Of a stretch of DNA of 26,675 nt, positions 1 to 8,265 are shown piece after piece. The translations under genes and the position numbers were made by a program. A model generated the notes under the pieces. The model saw only the letters and a list, made by a program, of their open reading frames with translations. It made no database searches and was not told the DNA's origin. This stretch comes from a virus (lineage: Duplodnaviria; Caudoviricetes). Where the stretch lies: positions 1-26,675 of IMG/VR virus record IMGVR_UViG_3300035016_000039. One strand, given 5' to 3'. Each line of letters starts with the position of its first letter. Position 1 is the first letter of the stretch.

Positions 1-915
1 GTGGATGTTGCCGGTGACGACGATGACCACCGGCACCGGGCGGGCCTGGATCGTGACCGGGGCGCTCGCCAACTCGCCATCGAACGTCTCGAACTGGTAG
101 TCGTACCCCTTGGCCGGGTCGATGCCCGCGTCGGTGAAGGGCGTGGCCGTATCGGTCGCCAGCAGCACGTAGGCGGATCCGCCGGCATCGCGACGGCTGA
201 TGCGCACCGGGTGTGTCGCGCTGTAGACGATGACGATCGACGTGCCGCTGTAGGTCGCGGTGAAGACCTCGGGCGCGGCGGGCTTGTCCGGTTCCTCCAC
301 CGTTGGCGGAAGCGGTCGGGTGGCCCTCACTAACGCCCGTTCGGACTCGTACCCCTGCGCGTCGATCGACGACAGGTAATACCGCGTCTCCCGACCGGGC
401 AGCGACGCCGTGTCGGTATAGGCCAGCGTGCCGGCGGGCAGGTTGATCGTCTCGGGGATAGTTTCGGGAACGGTCGCCGGTTGCCCGGTGGCGTCGATCG
501 TCTGGCGGTCCAATGAACGTTCAGCCAGCACCCGCCAGCCACTGACCGTCTCGGCGTTCCATTCCAGCAGGTTGTGCATGGGCGTGGCCGTCGCGGTGAA
601 CCCGACCGAAGGTGCCGACCGCTTCGGCCTCGTGACCGTCTGGCTCGCGCTCGTTGACGACTTCCCCGTCGCCGCGTCGTAGGCCACCACGCGGTAGCTG
701 TACTGCGTCCCAGGGGCGGGCAGGTCGGTGTACGTCGTCGCGTTCGCCGCCAGGGTGGCGACCAGCGTCGAGGCGAGGTAGACGCGAATCTCCGTCCCAG
801 CGGTGGCCGCGAACGTCAGGACCACGCCGTCGGCGGTCGCGTCGAGCGACGACAGGACCGGCGCGGCGGGCGCGGGGGTGCCGAGCGAGGCTAATTTGAT
901 GCCGATGGTGGGCAT
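1..915 (-). CDS. Fibronectin type III/Ig-like repeat virion (tail/adhesin-like) protein, truncated at the window edge
   Basis: Missing from the ORF track because it has no stop in the window. Manual translation from ATG at 915 is open to base 1: MPTIGIKLASLGTPAPAAPVL...ATTYTDLPAPGTQYSYRVVAYDAATG...LAYTDTASLPGRETRYYLSSID...PFTDAGIDPAKGYDYQFETFDG. Three (Y/F)TD...PG..Y.Y units are typical of FN3 domains. Confidence 0.75.
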   Translation of the reverse strand, partial: MPTIGIKLASLGTPAPAAPVLSSLDATADGVVLTFAATAGTEIRVYLASTLVATLAANATTYTDLPAPGTQYSYRVVAYDAATGKSSTSASQTVTRPKRSAPSVGFTATATPMHNLLEWNAETVSGWRVLAERSLDRQTIDATGQPATVPETIPETINLPAGTLAYTDTASLPGRETRYYLSSIDAQGYESERALVRATRPLPPTVEEPDKPAAPEVFTATYSGTSIVIVYSATHPVRISRRDAGGSAYVLLATDTATPFTDAGIDPAKGYDYQFETFDGELASAPVTIQARPVPVVIVVTGNIH

Positions 916-921
916 TTAGTG

Positions 922-930
922 TGGTAGAAT
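922..930 (+). promoter_or_regulatory. Extended -10 promoter (TGgTAGAAT), leaderless type
   Basis: TG-n-TAGAAT lies 6 nt upstream of the ATG at 937; no good -35 seen. Confidence 0.5.
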
Positions 931-936
931 CGGGGG

Positions 937-1368
937 ATGAGCGACGAAAACAGCTACCTGCCGGACTGGGGCCGAAGCACGACCGAAACGGAAATATCGC
1001 TGATGCAACAATGCTGTACGATCCAACCGGGGAACGGTTATCAGATCGTGCCAGCCGATCGCCTCGCCTATAACCCTCTCACAGCCAAGGGCGACACGTC
1101 GAACCGCCTGCTCATCATCCGACACGGAAACATGGTGGCGGTCATGCTGGAGGATTCGGAATCGTTCAAGATCGCTGAGGCTCATCCACGCGATGCGCTG
1201 TTGATGATATTGGGCGGGCAAATGTGGCTCGTGCCGCCCAATTCAGGCAAGGTCATTCACAAAGGCGAGTCAATGACGGTCGTAGAATGGTCTACGCTTC
1301 CCGCCGTGTTTCCGCCCGACAGCACGCCAGATGGGATCAACCACCAGTCATCGCCACCTGATGCGTAG
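937..1368 (+). CDS. Hypothetical protein, moron-like (opposite strand within the late region)
   Basis: 143-aa ORF with GC-rich third positions, protein-like composition and its own extended -10. No family recognised. Confidence 0.6.
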   Translation: MSDENSYLPDWGRSTTETEISLMQQCCTIQPGNGYQIVPADRLAYNPLTAKGDTSNRLLIIRHGNMVAVMLEDSESFKIAEAHPRDALLMILGGQMWLVPPNSGKVIHKGESMTVVEWSTLPAVFPPDSTPDGINHQSSPPDA

Positions 1369-1511
1369 CACCATTCGTCCGATAGCCGCTCGACGGCCCA
1401 TCGCGGCAGCAGCTTGCGAAGTTTCTTGACGACGTGCGTCGTTCGCTTTTCGGTGTTGCCGAACATCTGTTGGGCGATCTGCCAGTCTTTCAAGTCATCG
1501 CGGAACAGCAT
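1257..1511 (-). CDS. Hypothetical protein (MLFRDDLKDWQIAQQMF...)
   Basis: ATG overlaps the upstream stop (TAATG at 1509-1513), suggesting translational coupling. The 3' end overlaps the + gene convergently, so it is doubtful. Confidence 0.35.
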   Translation of the reverse strand: MLFRDDLKDWQIAQQMFGNTEKRTTHVVKKLRKLLPRWAVERLSDEWCYASGGDDWWLIPSGVLSGGNTAGSVDHSTTVIDSPL

Positions 1512-1711
1512 TACTTCCACCCGGCAACCACAAAACACCACAAGCCGATGAAAGCCCACCAGAACAGCGGGTCCGTTGGCGCGGCCTTGCGGCCCATCCG
1601 CACATTCTTGGCTGAGCGCATGGCCACCACCCAGAACACGGGCAAAGCGCATAGAGTGCCAATGAGACGCAAGACGTTTGCGACGAAATGCCAGAACTGA
1701 TCATCCATCAT
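1511..1711 (-). CDS. Small membrane protein (2 hydrophobic segments)
   Basis: 66 aa with hydrophobic stretches VLRLIGTLCALPVFWVVAM and LFWWAFIGLWCFVVAGW; start and stop overlap both neighbours. Confidence 0.55.
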   Translation of the reverse strand: MMDDQFWHFVANVLRLIGTLCALPVFWVVAMRSAKNVRMGRKAAPTDPLFWWAFIGLWCFVVAGWK

Positions 1712-2208
1712 CCCGCCACAACCTTGAACTGATTGGGAAATCGCGTCTTTCCATCGACCGACGTGACGACGCCCTCAAGGTTGACGGTCATCCCCACTTC
1801 GCGGGCCTTCTCGGTCGCCAACTGCTTCTCCAACTCCGCCACCCGTCCCCGCAAGTCCGGCTTCGGCGCCCCACCGCCCGCGATGGGCGGCCTTGCCTTC
1901 ACCGTCACTTCAAACACCACCGGCGTCCCCCGCTTCCCCTTGGCATCGGCCGGCGTCACCTTCACGGTGTGGACGCCCTCGCTCATCGCCGGGAAGTTCG
2001 GCACGCCCCCGTCGTCACCGAACGCCCAGAGGGGCGATGCGCCTTCCAGCCGTTCCTTCCCGCCATCCACAGAGACGTACGAGCGGTCGCCGCCCTTCAG
2101 CCAATATTCGATGTTGAACGCACCGGCGACGGTCGCCTTCGTGCATCCTTCGAACTGCTGACCGTCCTGCGTGGACAGGGCGTGACGGATGACGGTGGGG
2201 TTTGACAT
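1708..2208 (-). CDS. Ig-like domain protein with short coiled coil (alternative in-frame start at 2355)
   Basis: Segment MSEGVHTVKVTPADAKGKRGTPVVFEVTV resembles the end of bacterial Ig-like domains and is followed by coiled coil LRGRVAELEKQLA. The start is uncertain. Confidence 0.6.
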   Translation of the reverse strand: MSNPTVIRHALSTQDGQQFEGCTKATVAGAFNIEYWLKGGDRSYVSVDGGKERLEGASPLWAFGDDGGVPNFPAMSEGVHTVKVTPADAKGKRGTPVVFEVTVKARPPIAGGGAPKPDLRGRVAELEKQLATEKAREVGMTVNLEGVVTSVDGKTRFPNQFKVVAG

Positions 2209-2405
2209 GGGGGTTGGGTGTAGTGAACAGACCGGACGCCACAGCGGGCCGTCCTGCGCCTGCGCGGTGGCTCGGGTGCCGCAGACGTAGCACGGCAGCC
2301 GCCGGACGCCACGTTCGGTGTAGGGGCGACGGCGGCCGTAGCGTTTGAAGGGCATGACGACAACAGGTGTTTCCGCAGCCGTTGGTATCGCAGGGAATGG
2401 GAAGG

Positions 2406-2822
2406 CTACTGCTTCATCGCGCCGTTGCCGTTGCCGTTGCCGTTGCCGCTCCGGTTGCGGGCCTCGGATAGCAGGATGTCCAGCTTCGTCTCGATGCGCG
2501 TCTGATTCGTCTTGCTGGCGTCCACGTCGCGCTGCACCGTCTCGATGGTCCCCTGTTGCTTTGCCACGGTACTGGCCAATGTGGCGAGCACCGATTCCAG
2601 CCGCGACTTGTCGTTCGCGTACGGCGAGTGGCGATCGACGTAGGTCTCCATCTCCTGTCGGGAGATGGTCGACTCCTGCACGTATTCCTTCAGGTCCGCA
2701 CGGGTGATGAGGTTGCGACCGAGCGCAATGTAGGCGGTCAGCCCGGTCAGCACGACGCTGACCATCGCCGTGAGGGCGATCTTCATCACGTCAAGTTTTC
2801 CGTGTTCGGTCATGTGTGTCAT
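2406..2822 (-). CDS. Membrane-anchored coiled-coil protein (lysis-associated candidate)
   Basis: Single N-terminal TM (IALTAMVSVVLTGLTAYIALG), heptad-rich body ending RIETKLDILL, and a GNGNGNGNG tail. Confidence 0.7.
   Translation of the reverse strand: MTHMTEHGKLDVMKIALTAMVSVVLTGLTAYIALGRNLITRADLKEYVQESTISRQEMETYVDRHSPYANDKSRLESVLATLASTVAKQQGTIETVQRDVDASKTNQTRIETKLDILLSEARNRSGNGNGNGNGAMKQ
2421..2448. repeat. Hexamer microsatellite (GCCGTT)x4+
   Basis: gccgttgccgttgccgttgccgttgccg; encodes Gly-Asn repeats in the minus-strand gene. Confidence 0.9.
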
Positions 2823-2900
2823 GCGTCAAAGGGTGTGCCGTGCCGAGACGACGTATGAGATTTGTGCGACGATGGTAGCGGAAGCGACGAGTTTCGCCGA

Positions 2901-3167
2901 CTACCGAACCGGCTCATCCTGTACAGGTTCATCCCCCACCACCGCCACCGGCACGCGCGGGCGACCTTCTGCCGCAAGCTGCGCGTCAGTCTTGGCGTAG
3001 TCGGCCGTCAGCATCTCTTCGATCTCACGGTCGAACGCGGCATCCTGCTCGGGCGTGAGCGCGCCGGACATGCGGGCGGCCCGGCGCCATGCGTCGAACG
3101 CGGCGGCGGCGGCTTTGTAGACCTCGAACGACAGGGATAGCGCGGCTAGGGCACTCGTGGCGCTCAT
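2901..3167 (-). CDS. Small helical hypothetical protein
   Basis: 88 aa; ATGA overlap with the lipoprotein stop; amphipathic N-terminus. Confidence 0.7.
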   Translation of the reverse strand: MSATSALAALSLSFEVYKAAAAAFDAWRRAARMSGALTPEQDAAFDREIEEMLTADYAKTDAQLAAEGRPRVPVAVVGDEPVQDEPVR

Positions 3168-3592
3168 CGTTGGACTCCGGCTTGGGCCTTGGCGGCGTCG
3201 GCGGCCAACGCTTCCAGTTTGTCGATGGCTTCCTGCAACGGCCCATCCGCCGGCCGTCGCCCCGCCGCTACGTCTGCCTTGTACTCGACGGTCAGTCGCC
3301 GCACCTCACGGATGATGTCCGGTGCCTGCTGGCGAGTGCGATCGGCCACCTGTCGCACCAGCGGCGCGTTGCGCGTCAACCACTCCGCGTTGCGGTGGTC
3401 GAACTTCCAGAACTCTTTCAGGGTGCCGACGGCGGCGACCTGCGCCCGCTCCGTGTTGACCAGGGCGACGTTCTGACCCTTCTCGACGGGCGTGATAGCG
3501 CAGCCGCTCATCGTTCCGATGAACAACGTCCCAACGGCGGTAGGCAGCGCGACGGCCAGCAGCATGAGGATGCGGATTGCGAGGTTCTTCAT
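3164..3592 (-). CDS. Putative lipoprotein
   Basis: Basic N-terminus, long hydrophobic stretch, lipobox-like MSG-C, then a helical domain; ATGA overlaps on both sides. Confidence 0.75.
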   Translation of the reverse strand: MKNLAIRILMLLAVALPTAVGTLFIGTMSGCAITPVEKGQNVALVNTERAQVAAVGTLKEFWKFDHRNAEWLTRNAPLVRQVADRTRQQAPDIIREVRRLTVEYKADVAAGRRPADGPLQEAIDKLEALAADAAKAQAGVQR

Positions 3593-3924
3593 TGGTTCAC
3601 CTTGAAGATGTCGGCGGCGGTGGGCTCATCGGCGGGCGTTACTTCGACGACGGCGGGCTTTTCGGCCTTTGGCTTTTTTATCGCACCAGCCACCTTCTTG
3701 AGCTGGGCTAATTGCTTCAGATCCTCGTCATCGACCTTGAGCGCACCCGCCTTCAGCGTGGCGATCTCTTCGGCTTGCGTGGTGACCACGCGAGTGAGCC
3801 GGGCGTTCTCTTCCAGCACGGCCTTGATGTCGATTCCGATTTCGCTCACGTCGTACTCCAAAACGAGGATGCTCTTGCCCGTCGAACTGACGCGCGTCCG
3901 AATGCCATGCAAGGGAGTGCTCAT
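3589..3924 (-). CDS. Coiled-coil hypothetical protein
   Basis: 111 aa with LEENARLTRVVTTQAEEIATLK coiled coil; coupled to neighbours by 4-bp overlaps. Confidence 0.7.
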   Translation of the reverse strand: MSTPLHGIRTRVSSTGKSILVLEYDVSEIGIDIKAVLEENARLTRVVTTQAEEIATLKAGALKVDDEDLKQLAQLKKVAGAIKKPKAEKPAVVEVTPADEPTAADIFKVNQ

Positions 3925-4229
3925 TGGACGCGAGGGTATGGCTCGTCAGCGGGCGGCGTCGTGTTCTGCGTCACCGTCCCCGTCGCGTTCGTGCCGACGT
4001 TGACGGCCAGTTTGCCATCGACCGGCACGTCCCGGTTCTTCGCGTAATCGCGAACACCCTCGGCGGCGATGGTGATGCACCCGATGGCCGTCACGCACAC
4101 CAGCAACCGCCAGTCGGCGGGGAACACACCAAACATCGTCGCCAGCAGCCCCAGCGAGAACTGGTACTTGCTGTCGGTAACGACGCGCAGGAATCGTTCG
4201 ATGTTTTGGGGAACGGCCATAGATGTCAC
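3921..4229 (-). CDS. Holin-like small membrane protein (2 TM)
   Basis: 102 aa; FSLGLLATMFGVF and LLVCVTAIGCITIAAEG followed by a charged tail. Holin role inferred from topology and context only. Confidence 0.5.
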   Translation of the reverse strand: MTSMAVPQNIERFLRVVTDSKYQFSLGLLATMFGVFPADWRLLVCVTAIGCITIAAEGVRDYAKNRDVPVDGKLAVNVGTNATGTVTQNTTPPADEPYPRVQ

Positions 4230-4570
4230 ACCAGTTGCGGCGACCGGCGGTAGGCGGCCCAGCGGCGGCGGATGTCGTCGCGAGGGTTTACTTTCTCGTG
4301 CTCCACGAACGCGAGGAAGGTTCGGGGGCCAAACCTGTAGACGTCGTATTTCTTCACCGCTAGATACGGACTCACTTTTTGCCCGATGCGGGGTAGTTGC
4401 CGCGTGGCGTCCGTGAAGCTGTCAGCTTCGATGCGGATAACATTGAGTCCGTCGGGGGCCACCCATGCGGGGTTACATTCGGGAAGAGAATCGTCAGGTA
4501 TCGGCGTTGGGTCGTCGGGCCGCAGCTGGACGTAGTTCAACGGGACGTACTTTTCGGCCGGTTCGCTCAT
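4226..4570 (-). CDS. Hypothetical protein
   Basis: 114 aa; GGAG upstream; ATGA overlap with the next gene. Confidence 0.6.
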   Translation of the reverse strand: MSEPAEKYVPLNYVQLRPDDPTPIPDDSLPECNPAWVAPDGLNVIRIEADSFTDATRQLPRIGQKVSPYLAVKKYDVYRFGPRTFLAFVEHEKVNPRDDIRRRWAAYRRSPQLV

Positions 4571-4579
4571 CTCACTCCC

Positions 4580-4678
4580 TCAACAACACACCGCCAACGC
4601 CGCCATCAGCCACGCGACGACGACCCAGCCCAGGGCCGCGCCCGCGTCGTCCCCGAACGTGTTGGGCGGGTGGGGCAT
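4580..4678 (-). CDS. Small hydrophobic peptide (32 aa)
   Basis: Manual translation MPHPPNTFGDDAGAALGWVVVAWLMAALAVCC; fills the gap between two operon genes. Confidence 0.4.
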   Translation of the reverse strand: MPHPPNTFGDDAGAALGWVVVAWLMAALAVCC

Positions 4679-4685
4679 GGGGCGG

Positions 4686-4946
4686 TTACTTCTGCGAACG
4701 CTGGGCGTCGCGGATGTCCTTCAGCGTCTTCTCGCCGACGCGGACGGACTTGTCGGCCAGGATCTGCTCGTCGCTCTTGTCCGCAAAGTAGGACAACGGC
4801 TTGCCGGCGAAGGTGGGCTCGTCGGCGGGCTTGGATGGCGCCTTGCCCTTCGGCGCGTTAGCCTCGGCAATGCGCCGCTCGATATCGGCGCGGTACTCTT
4901 CGTGGGACGGGGGCGGGGTAATCTCGCGGGTGATCAGGTCTTTCAT
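4686..4946 (-). CDS. Small protein with possible C-terminal helix-hairpin-helix motif
   Basis: 86 aa; SDEQILADKSVRVGEKTLKDIR resembles an HhH motif; GAGGA upstream; ATGA overlap. Confidence 0.65.
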   Translation of the reverse strand: MKDLITREITPPPSHEEYRADIERRIAEANAPKGKAPSKPADEPTFAGKPLSYFADKSDEQILADKSVRVGEKTLKDIRDAQRSQK

Positions 4947-5149
4947 GGGGTCCTCGTTTGTTTAATCTGCAGCAGCAAATCGTCGATACGTTCCAGCAGC
5001 TCGGCGGCGTATAGGTCCGGGTAGCGGTTCCGTGGAACCGTCGCCGACCGGAACGTGATGCCCAGTTGGTGCGCAACTTCCGACGCGCTCTGCGCCAGCT
5101 TTAGTTCGGCCTGCGCGCGACGCACGGCCACAGCGGTAGGGTCTGCCAC
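4943..5149 (-). CDS. Hypothetical protein
   Basis: 68 aa; GTG start with AAGGAG SD, directly after the capsid gene. Confidence 0.6.
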   Translation of the reverse strand: MADPTAVAVRRAQAELKLAQSASEVAHQLGITFRSATVPRNRYPDLYAAELLERIDDLLLQIKQTRTP

Positions 5150-5169
5150 GACTAACGCTCCTTATCCGT

Positions 5170-6270
5170 TTAGGCGATCGGGAACGGGTAGGCCGTCGGC
5201 GCGGCGTACGAGGCATTGCCGACGCGCAGGACGTGGGCCCCAACCCGATTCTTACCGCCGAAGCCGACCGCGGCGACGTAGTTGTTCTGCTGGTACGGGA
5301 ACCGGCTCATGGGCTCGCCCTGATTGATCAGGCCGCGCAGCGCCGGCTGGGGGTACTCGCGCAGCGCCAACGGCTTGACCGCCGCGTCGATGGCGACGTG
5401 GACGATGTACCCGCTGGGGAGGCTGCTCCACTGCACGATGTACGTGTTCTCGTGCATCCCAATGTAGGTCATCGTGCTCGCCAGCGGCAGGTTGAGCCCG
5501 GGGGCCTGCAGCGGGTCGATCGTCTCGTCGCCAGTCGCGGGGATGACGCTGATCATGTTTCGCGTCGCGGGGGCAAAGCCAGCCAGCAGGCGGATGGCCG
5601 CAACCTGATCGGACGCCACGAACGCCACGATGCGGCTGCCGTTCTGCGGGTGCTCGATCAGATCGTTGTAGATCGCGGTGAACGGGTTGGCCGCATCGGA
5701 GATGGCGGCAGCCTGTGCGCTATAGTGGCTATCGGTCGCGGCGCCGTTGCTCGACTGGTAGACCACGTCGTCTCCGTTGGCCAGGCCGTAGACGGTCAAG
5801 TCTTCGCCCAGGCGGGGGTCGGTGAAGTTGAAGCCTGCGCCGTTGTAGAACAGCGGCGCCAGCATTTGACGACGCACCCACTTCGCGTAGGCCGAGACCA
5901 TCTGGTCGAGGCTTTCCGCGAAGTCGCGCAGCGTCATCTGCTCGAACGTCCAGAAGTTCCAGCCTTCGGCGGTCCCTCCCTTGAACAGCGGTACGCCGGC
6001 GATGTACGAACCGCCGCCCTTCACCGGCTGCGGGCGACCGTTTTCGTCGAGCGCCTGAAACTCGTTGTCGGCACCGAGCCGGACCGCCAGCTGCGACTTG
6101 GTCGTCGGGTCGGCGAAGACGCGGACGTGCCGCTGGATTTCCGCATTGGCGGTGGCGACGGTCTCGAGCTGGGCCTCCAGCAACGCGACGCGGTCCACCT
6201 CACTGGCGATCACGTCGCCGTTTTCGTTCAGGTCGAGGTCCTTTTCCTGCCAGATTCCGTAAATGGGCAT
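5170..6270 (-). CDS. Major capsid protein (probable)
   Basis: 366 aa from MPIYGIWQEK with a strong TTAGGAG SD; size and position after scaffold and decoration genes; C-terminal YVAAVGFGGKNRVGAHVLRVG resembles HK97-fold capsid ends. Confidence 0.8.
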   Translation of the reverse strand: MPIYGIWQEKDLDLNENGDVIASEVDRVALLEAQLETVATANAEIQRHVRVFADPTTKSQLAVRLGADNEFQALDENGRPQPVKGGGSYIAGVPLFKGGTAEGWNFWTFEQMTLRDFAESLDQMVSAYAKWVRRQMLAPLFYNGAGFNFTDPRLGEDLTVYGLANGDDVVYQSSNGAATDSHYSAQAAAISDAANPFTAIYNDLIEHPQNGSRIVAFVASDQVAAIRLLAGFAPATRNMISVIPATGDETIDPLQAPGLNLPLASTMTYIGMHENTYIVQWSSLPSGYIVHVAIDAAVKPLALREYPQPALRGLINQGEPMSRFPYQQNNYVAAVGFGGKNRVGAHVLRVGNASYAAPTAYPFPIA

Positions 6271-6342
6271 GGCGTGTACTCCTAAAGGGGTGTTTGCGGG
6301 TCGTGCGGTACTCGCCGCCGTGCCCATTTGGGTTAATGGTTG

Positions 6343-6750
6343 TTAGTTCGGGCAGTCGATGCGGACGTTCTTGTCGTACGCGGTCCCGGGCGCGACGGCG
6401 GTGCCTTCCAGCACGCGGCCGACGACGACGGACGTGGTGCCGGCGGTGTCCGCCAGCGTTCCGGTATCGGAGAGGTAGAGCGAGGCGTTGTACGCCTGCG
6501 TCACGGTGTAACCCGAGACGACGCCGTTCTTCATGCCGGTCAGGGCCTCGCCCGCCTTCACGGTGCGGAGTGCCAGGCGAGCGCCGGCGGCGTTCGTGGC
6601 GCTCGTGGCGAGGGACTGAATCCACTTGCCGCTCGTGTCCTTGCGAACGAACGTGCCAGCGGTGATGTCGGCAGCGGCGACGCCGTTGTCCTGCTCGCCC
6701 CATTCGACGACTTCGATTCGACCTGCGGTGGTGGTGGCTACGGTGGCCAT
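6343..6750 (-). CDS. Head decoration/cement protein (probable)
   Basis: 135 aa, Ala/Thr/Gly-rich beta protein (AAADITAGTFV, LYLSDTGTLADTAG, VVGRVLE) between scaffold and capsid; TTAGGAG SD. Confidence 0.7.
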   Translation of the reverse strand: MATVATTTAGRIEVVEWGEQDNGVAAADITAGTFVRKDTSGKWIQSLATSATNAAGARLALRTVKAGEALTGMKNGVVSGYTVTQAYNASLYLSDTGTLADTAGTTSVVVGRVLEGTAVAPGTAYDKNVRIDCPN

Positions 6751-6772
6751 GTGAGACTCCTAAAAGTGAGGG

Positions 6773-7411
6773 TTAAAAGCGGCTCGACGCAACGCTTGCC
6801 GCGCCGCCGTAGCCATTGGTTCGCCTGGGAATGTTAGAACCCGCCGGAGCCTTGTGGCCGTGGCTGCCGGGCGTGCCGCCAAAGCCGCTCGGGCGTGGGT
6901 TGTCTTTGATGTATTGGTCGCAGGCGGCCTTGACCGCCTTCGCGATGGCCGATTGGTCGGCGCCGGGCTGCAGGTCGAGCGTGGGCCGCACGTACCGCTC
7001 CGCCACGCCCGCGTAATCCTTGCGCGTAGGGTCAGCCAGGTAAACGGCAATCTCGCGGTCGACGGCCTTATCGTGCCGTTCCTGCGCGAGGTCGCGTTCC
7101 AGCGACTCACGCTTCGTGCGCTCGTCGGTGGCGACCTTCTCCCACTCGCCCTTGGCCTCGGCTTCCTTCCGGTCGCGTTCCGCCTTGTCGGCCGCGGCCT
7201 TGTCGGCGGCGGCCTTTTCCCACTTCGTGCGCTCGGCGGCGATGGCCGCGGCGATCTTCGCGTCGGTGTCGTCGGCCTTGGGTGGCTCAACGGGTTTCCC
7301 GGCCGGCTTGTTCTCTCCCTGCGACTCGCCCCCTTCATCGGGCGTGTCGTAATGGATGGAACCCATCAGGCTACGGTGGAACGTGTACGGGTTGGGGATT
7401 GGCTTGAACAT
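6773..7411 (-). CDS. Capsid scaffolding protein (probable)
   Basis: 212 aa; acidic/Pro N-terminus, charged coiled coil (KEAEAKGEWEKVA), GFGGTPG C-terminal region; canonical position. Confidence 0.75.
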   Translation of the reverse strand: MFKPIPNPYTFHRSLMGSIHYDTPDEGGESQGENKPAGKPVEPPKADDTDAKIAAAIAAERTKWEKAAADKAAADKAERDRKEAEAKGEWEKVATDERTKRESLERDLAQERHDKAVDREIAVYLADPTRKDYAGVAERYVRPTLDLQPGADQSAIAKAVKAACDQYIKDNPRPSGFGGTPGSHGHKAPAGSNIPRRTNGYGGAASVASSRF

Positions 7412-7431
7412 AATTGTTTAGGGGTGAACGG

Positions 7432-8265
7432 TTAGCGTCGATACTCAACGCGGCAACGGCATTGGAAGGAACAGCGGCGCCCACCGGGCAGGATCATGTC
7501 GTCTATCGGAATCCAGCCAGCCTCGGTCAGTTCGACGCAACCGGGCACTTCCGGCGTCCCATCGCTGCAGGACTCGCTCGCGGCGTCGAGCACGTTGAAC
7601 GCGAATCGGTAGCCGACGGCGACGTGGGACGCGTACCGCGACGCCTCGTACTGCTGCCGCGCGTCGGCGGCGTAGTACCCCGCCCTTCGGAGTACCGCGT
7701 CAGGATCGGTGTAAGTCCCGTCGGACAACGCCCGGGCGAACACGCCAAGGCGGACCAACGCGAACGCGAGGGCGGCGGCAAGTCGGCGGTCATCTTCGTC
7801 CGTCAACTGCCCCACGCCCCCGCCTGCCACGGCTGCGAGTGCGATTTGGTAAGCAATGAGCGTGTCGCGCATCGCCGATTGCCACTGCGACAGCGTGATG
7901 GACCCAGCCATCATCGCCCGCGTTGTGCGTTCGATCTCGGCGGCCATCGCATCGCTATAAGCGTCGACCGTCGCCTGTACCGCGTCGGGCAGCACGAGGC
8001 GGCGGGTGCCGATGCCGTAACGCTGTTCATCCCGAAGGAACCACCACGCGGGCGGTTGCGGGGGGACGGCTTGGCGGACGGCGTACAGCGTGGCGTCAAT
8101 CATCCCCGCGTATTCGGCGGGCACGGCAGCGGCCCACGATTGGCGGGCGGCGTCACGACGTTGGCCCAGCAGGAACGGCAACAGGAATAGCCACTCATCC
8201 TCTTCCCGATCGGCCTCGGGCGTGCCGACGATCTCAAGGTCGGGGATGGCGAGGGCTTCGGCCAT
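7432..8265 (-). CDS. Minor head morphogenesis protein (Mu gpF/SPP1 gp7-like)
   Basis: Likely start MAEALAIP at a TAATG overlap with the portal stop; C-terminal Cys motif SC...GC...PGGRRCSFQCRCRVEY; directly after portal. Confidence 0.75.
   Translation of the reverse strand: MAEALAIPDLEIVGTPEADREEDEWLFLLPFLLGQRRDAARQSWAAAVPAEYAGMIDATLYAVRQAVPPQPPAWWFLRDEQRYGIGTRRLVLPDAVQATVDAYSDAMAAEIERTTRAMMAGSITLSQWQSAMRDTLIAYQIALAAVAGGGVGQLTDEDDRRLAAALAFALVRLGVFARALSDGTYTDPDAVLRRAGYYAADARQQYEASRYASHVAVGYRFAFNVLDAASESCSDGTPEVPGCVELTEAGWIPIDDMILPGGRRCSFQCRCRVEYRR

Noticed and set aside
916-1221. 101-aa minus-strand ORF abutting the FN3 start
   Set aside because: Lies antisense to the + gene, which has a promoter and more protein-like composition; not fully excluded.
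2421-2448. Microsatellite as a phase-variation switch
   Set aside because: Unit length 6 keeps the frame and it lies at the extreme C-terminus.
5233-6285. Long + strand ORFs (e.g. 3089..4003, 5233..6285, 17670..18479, 19571..20434)
   Set aside because: Antisense shadows of well-supported minus-strand genes, expected in high-GC DNA.
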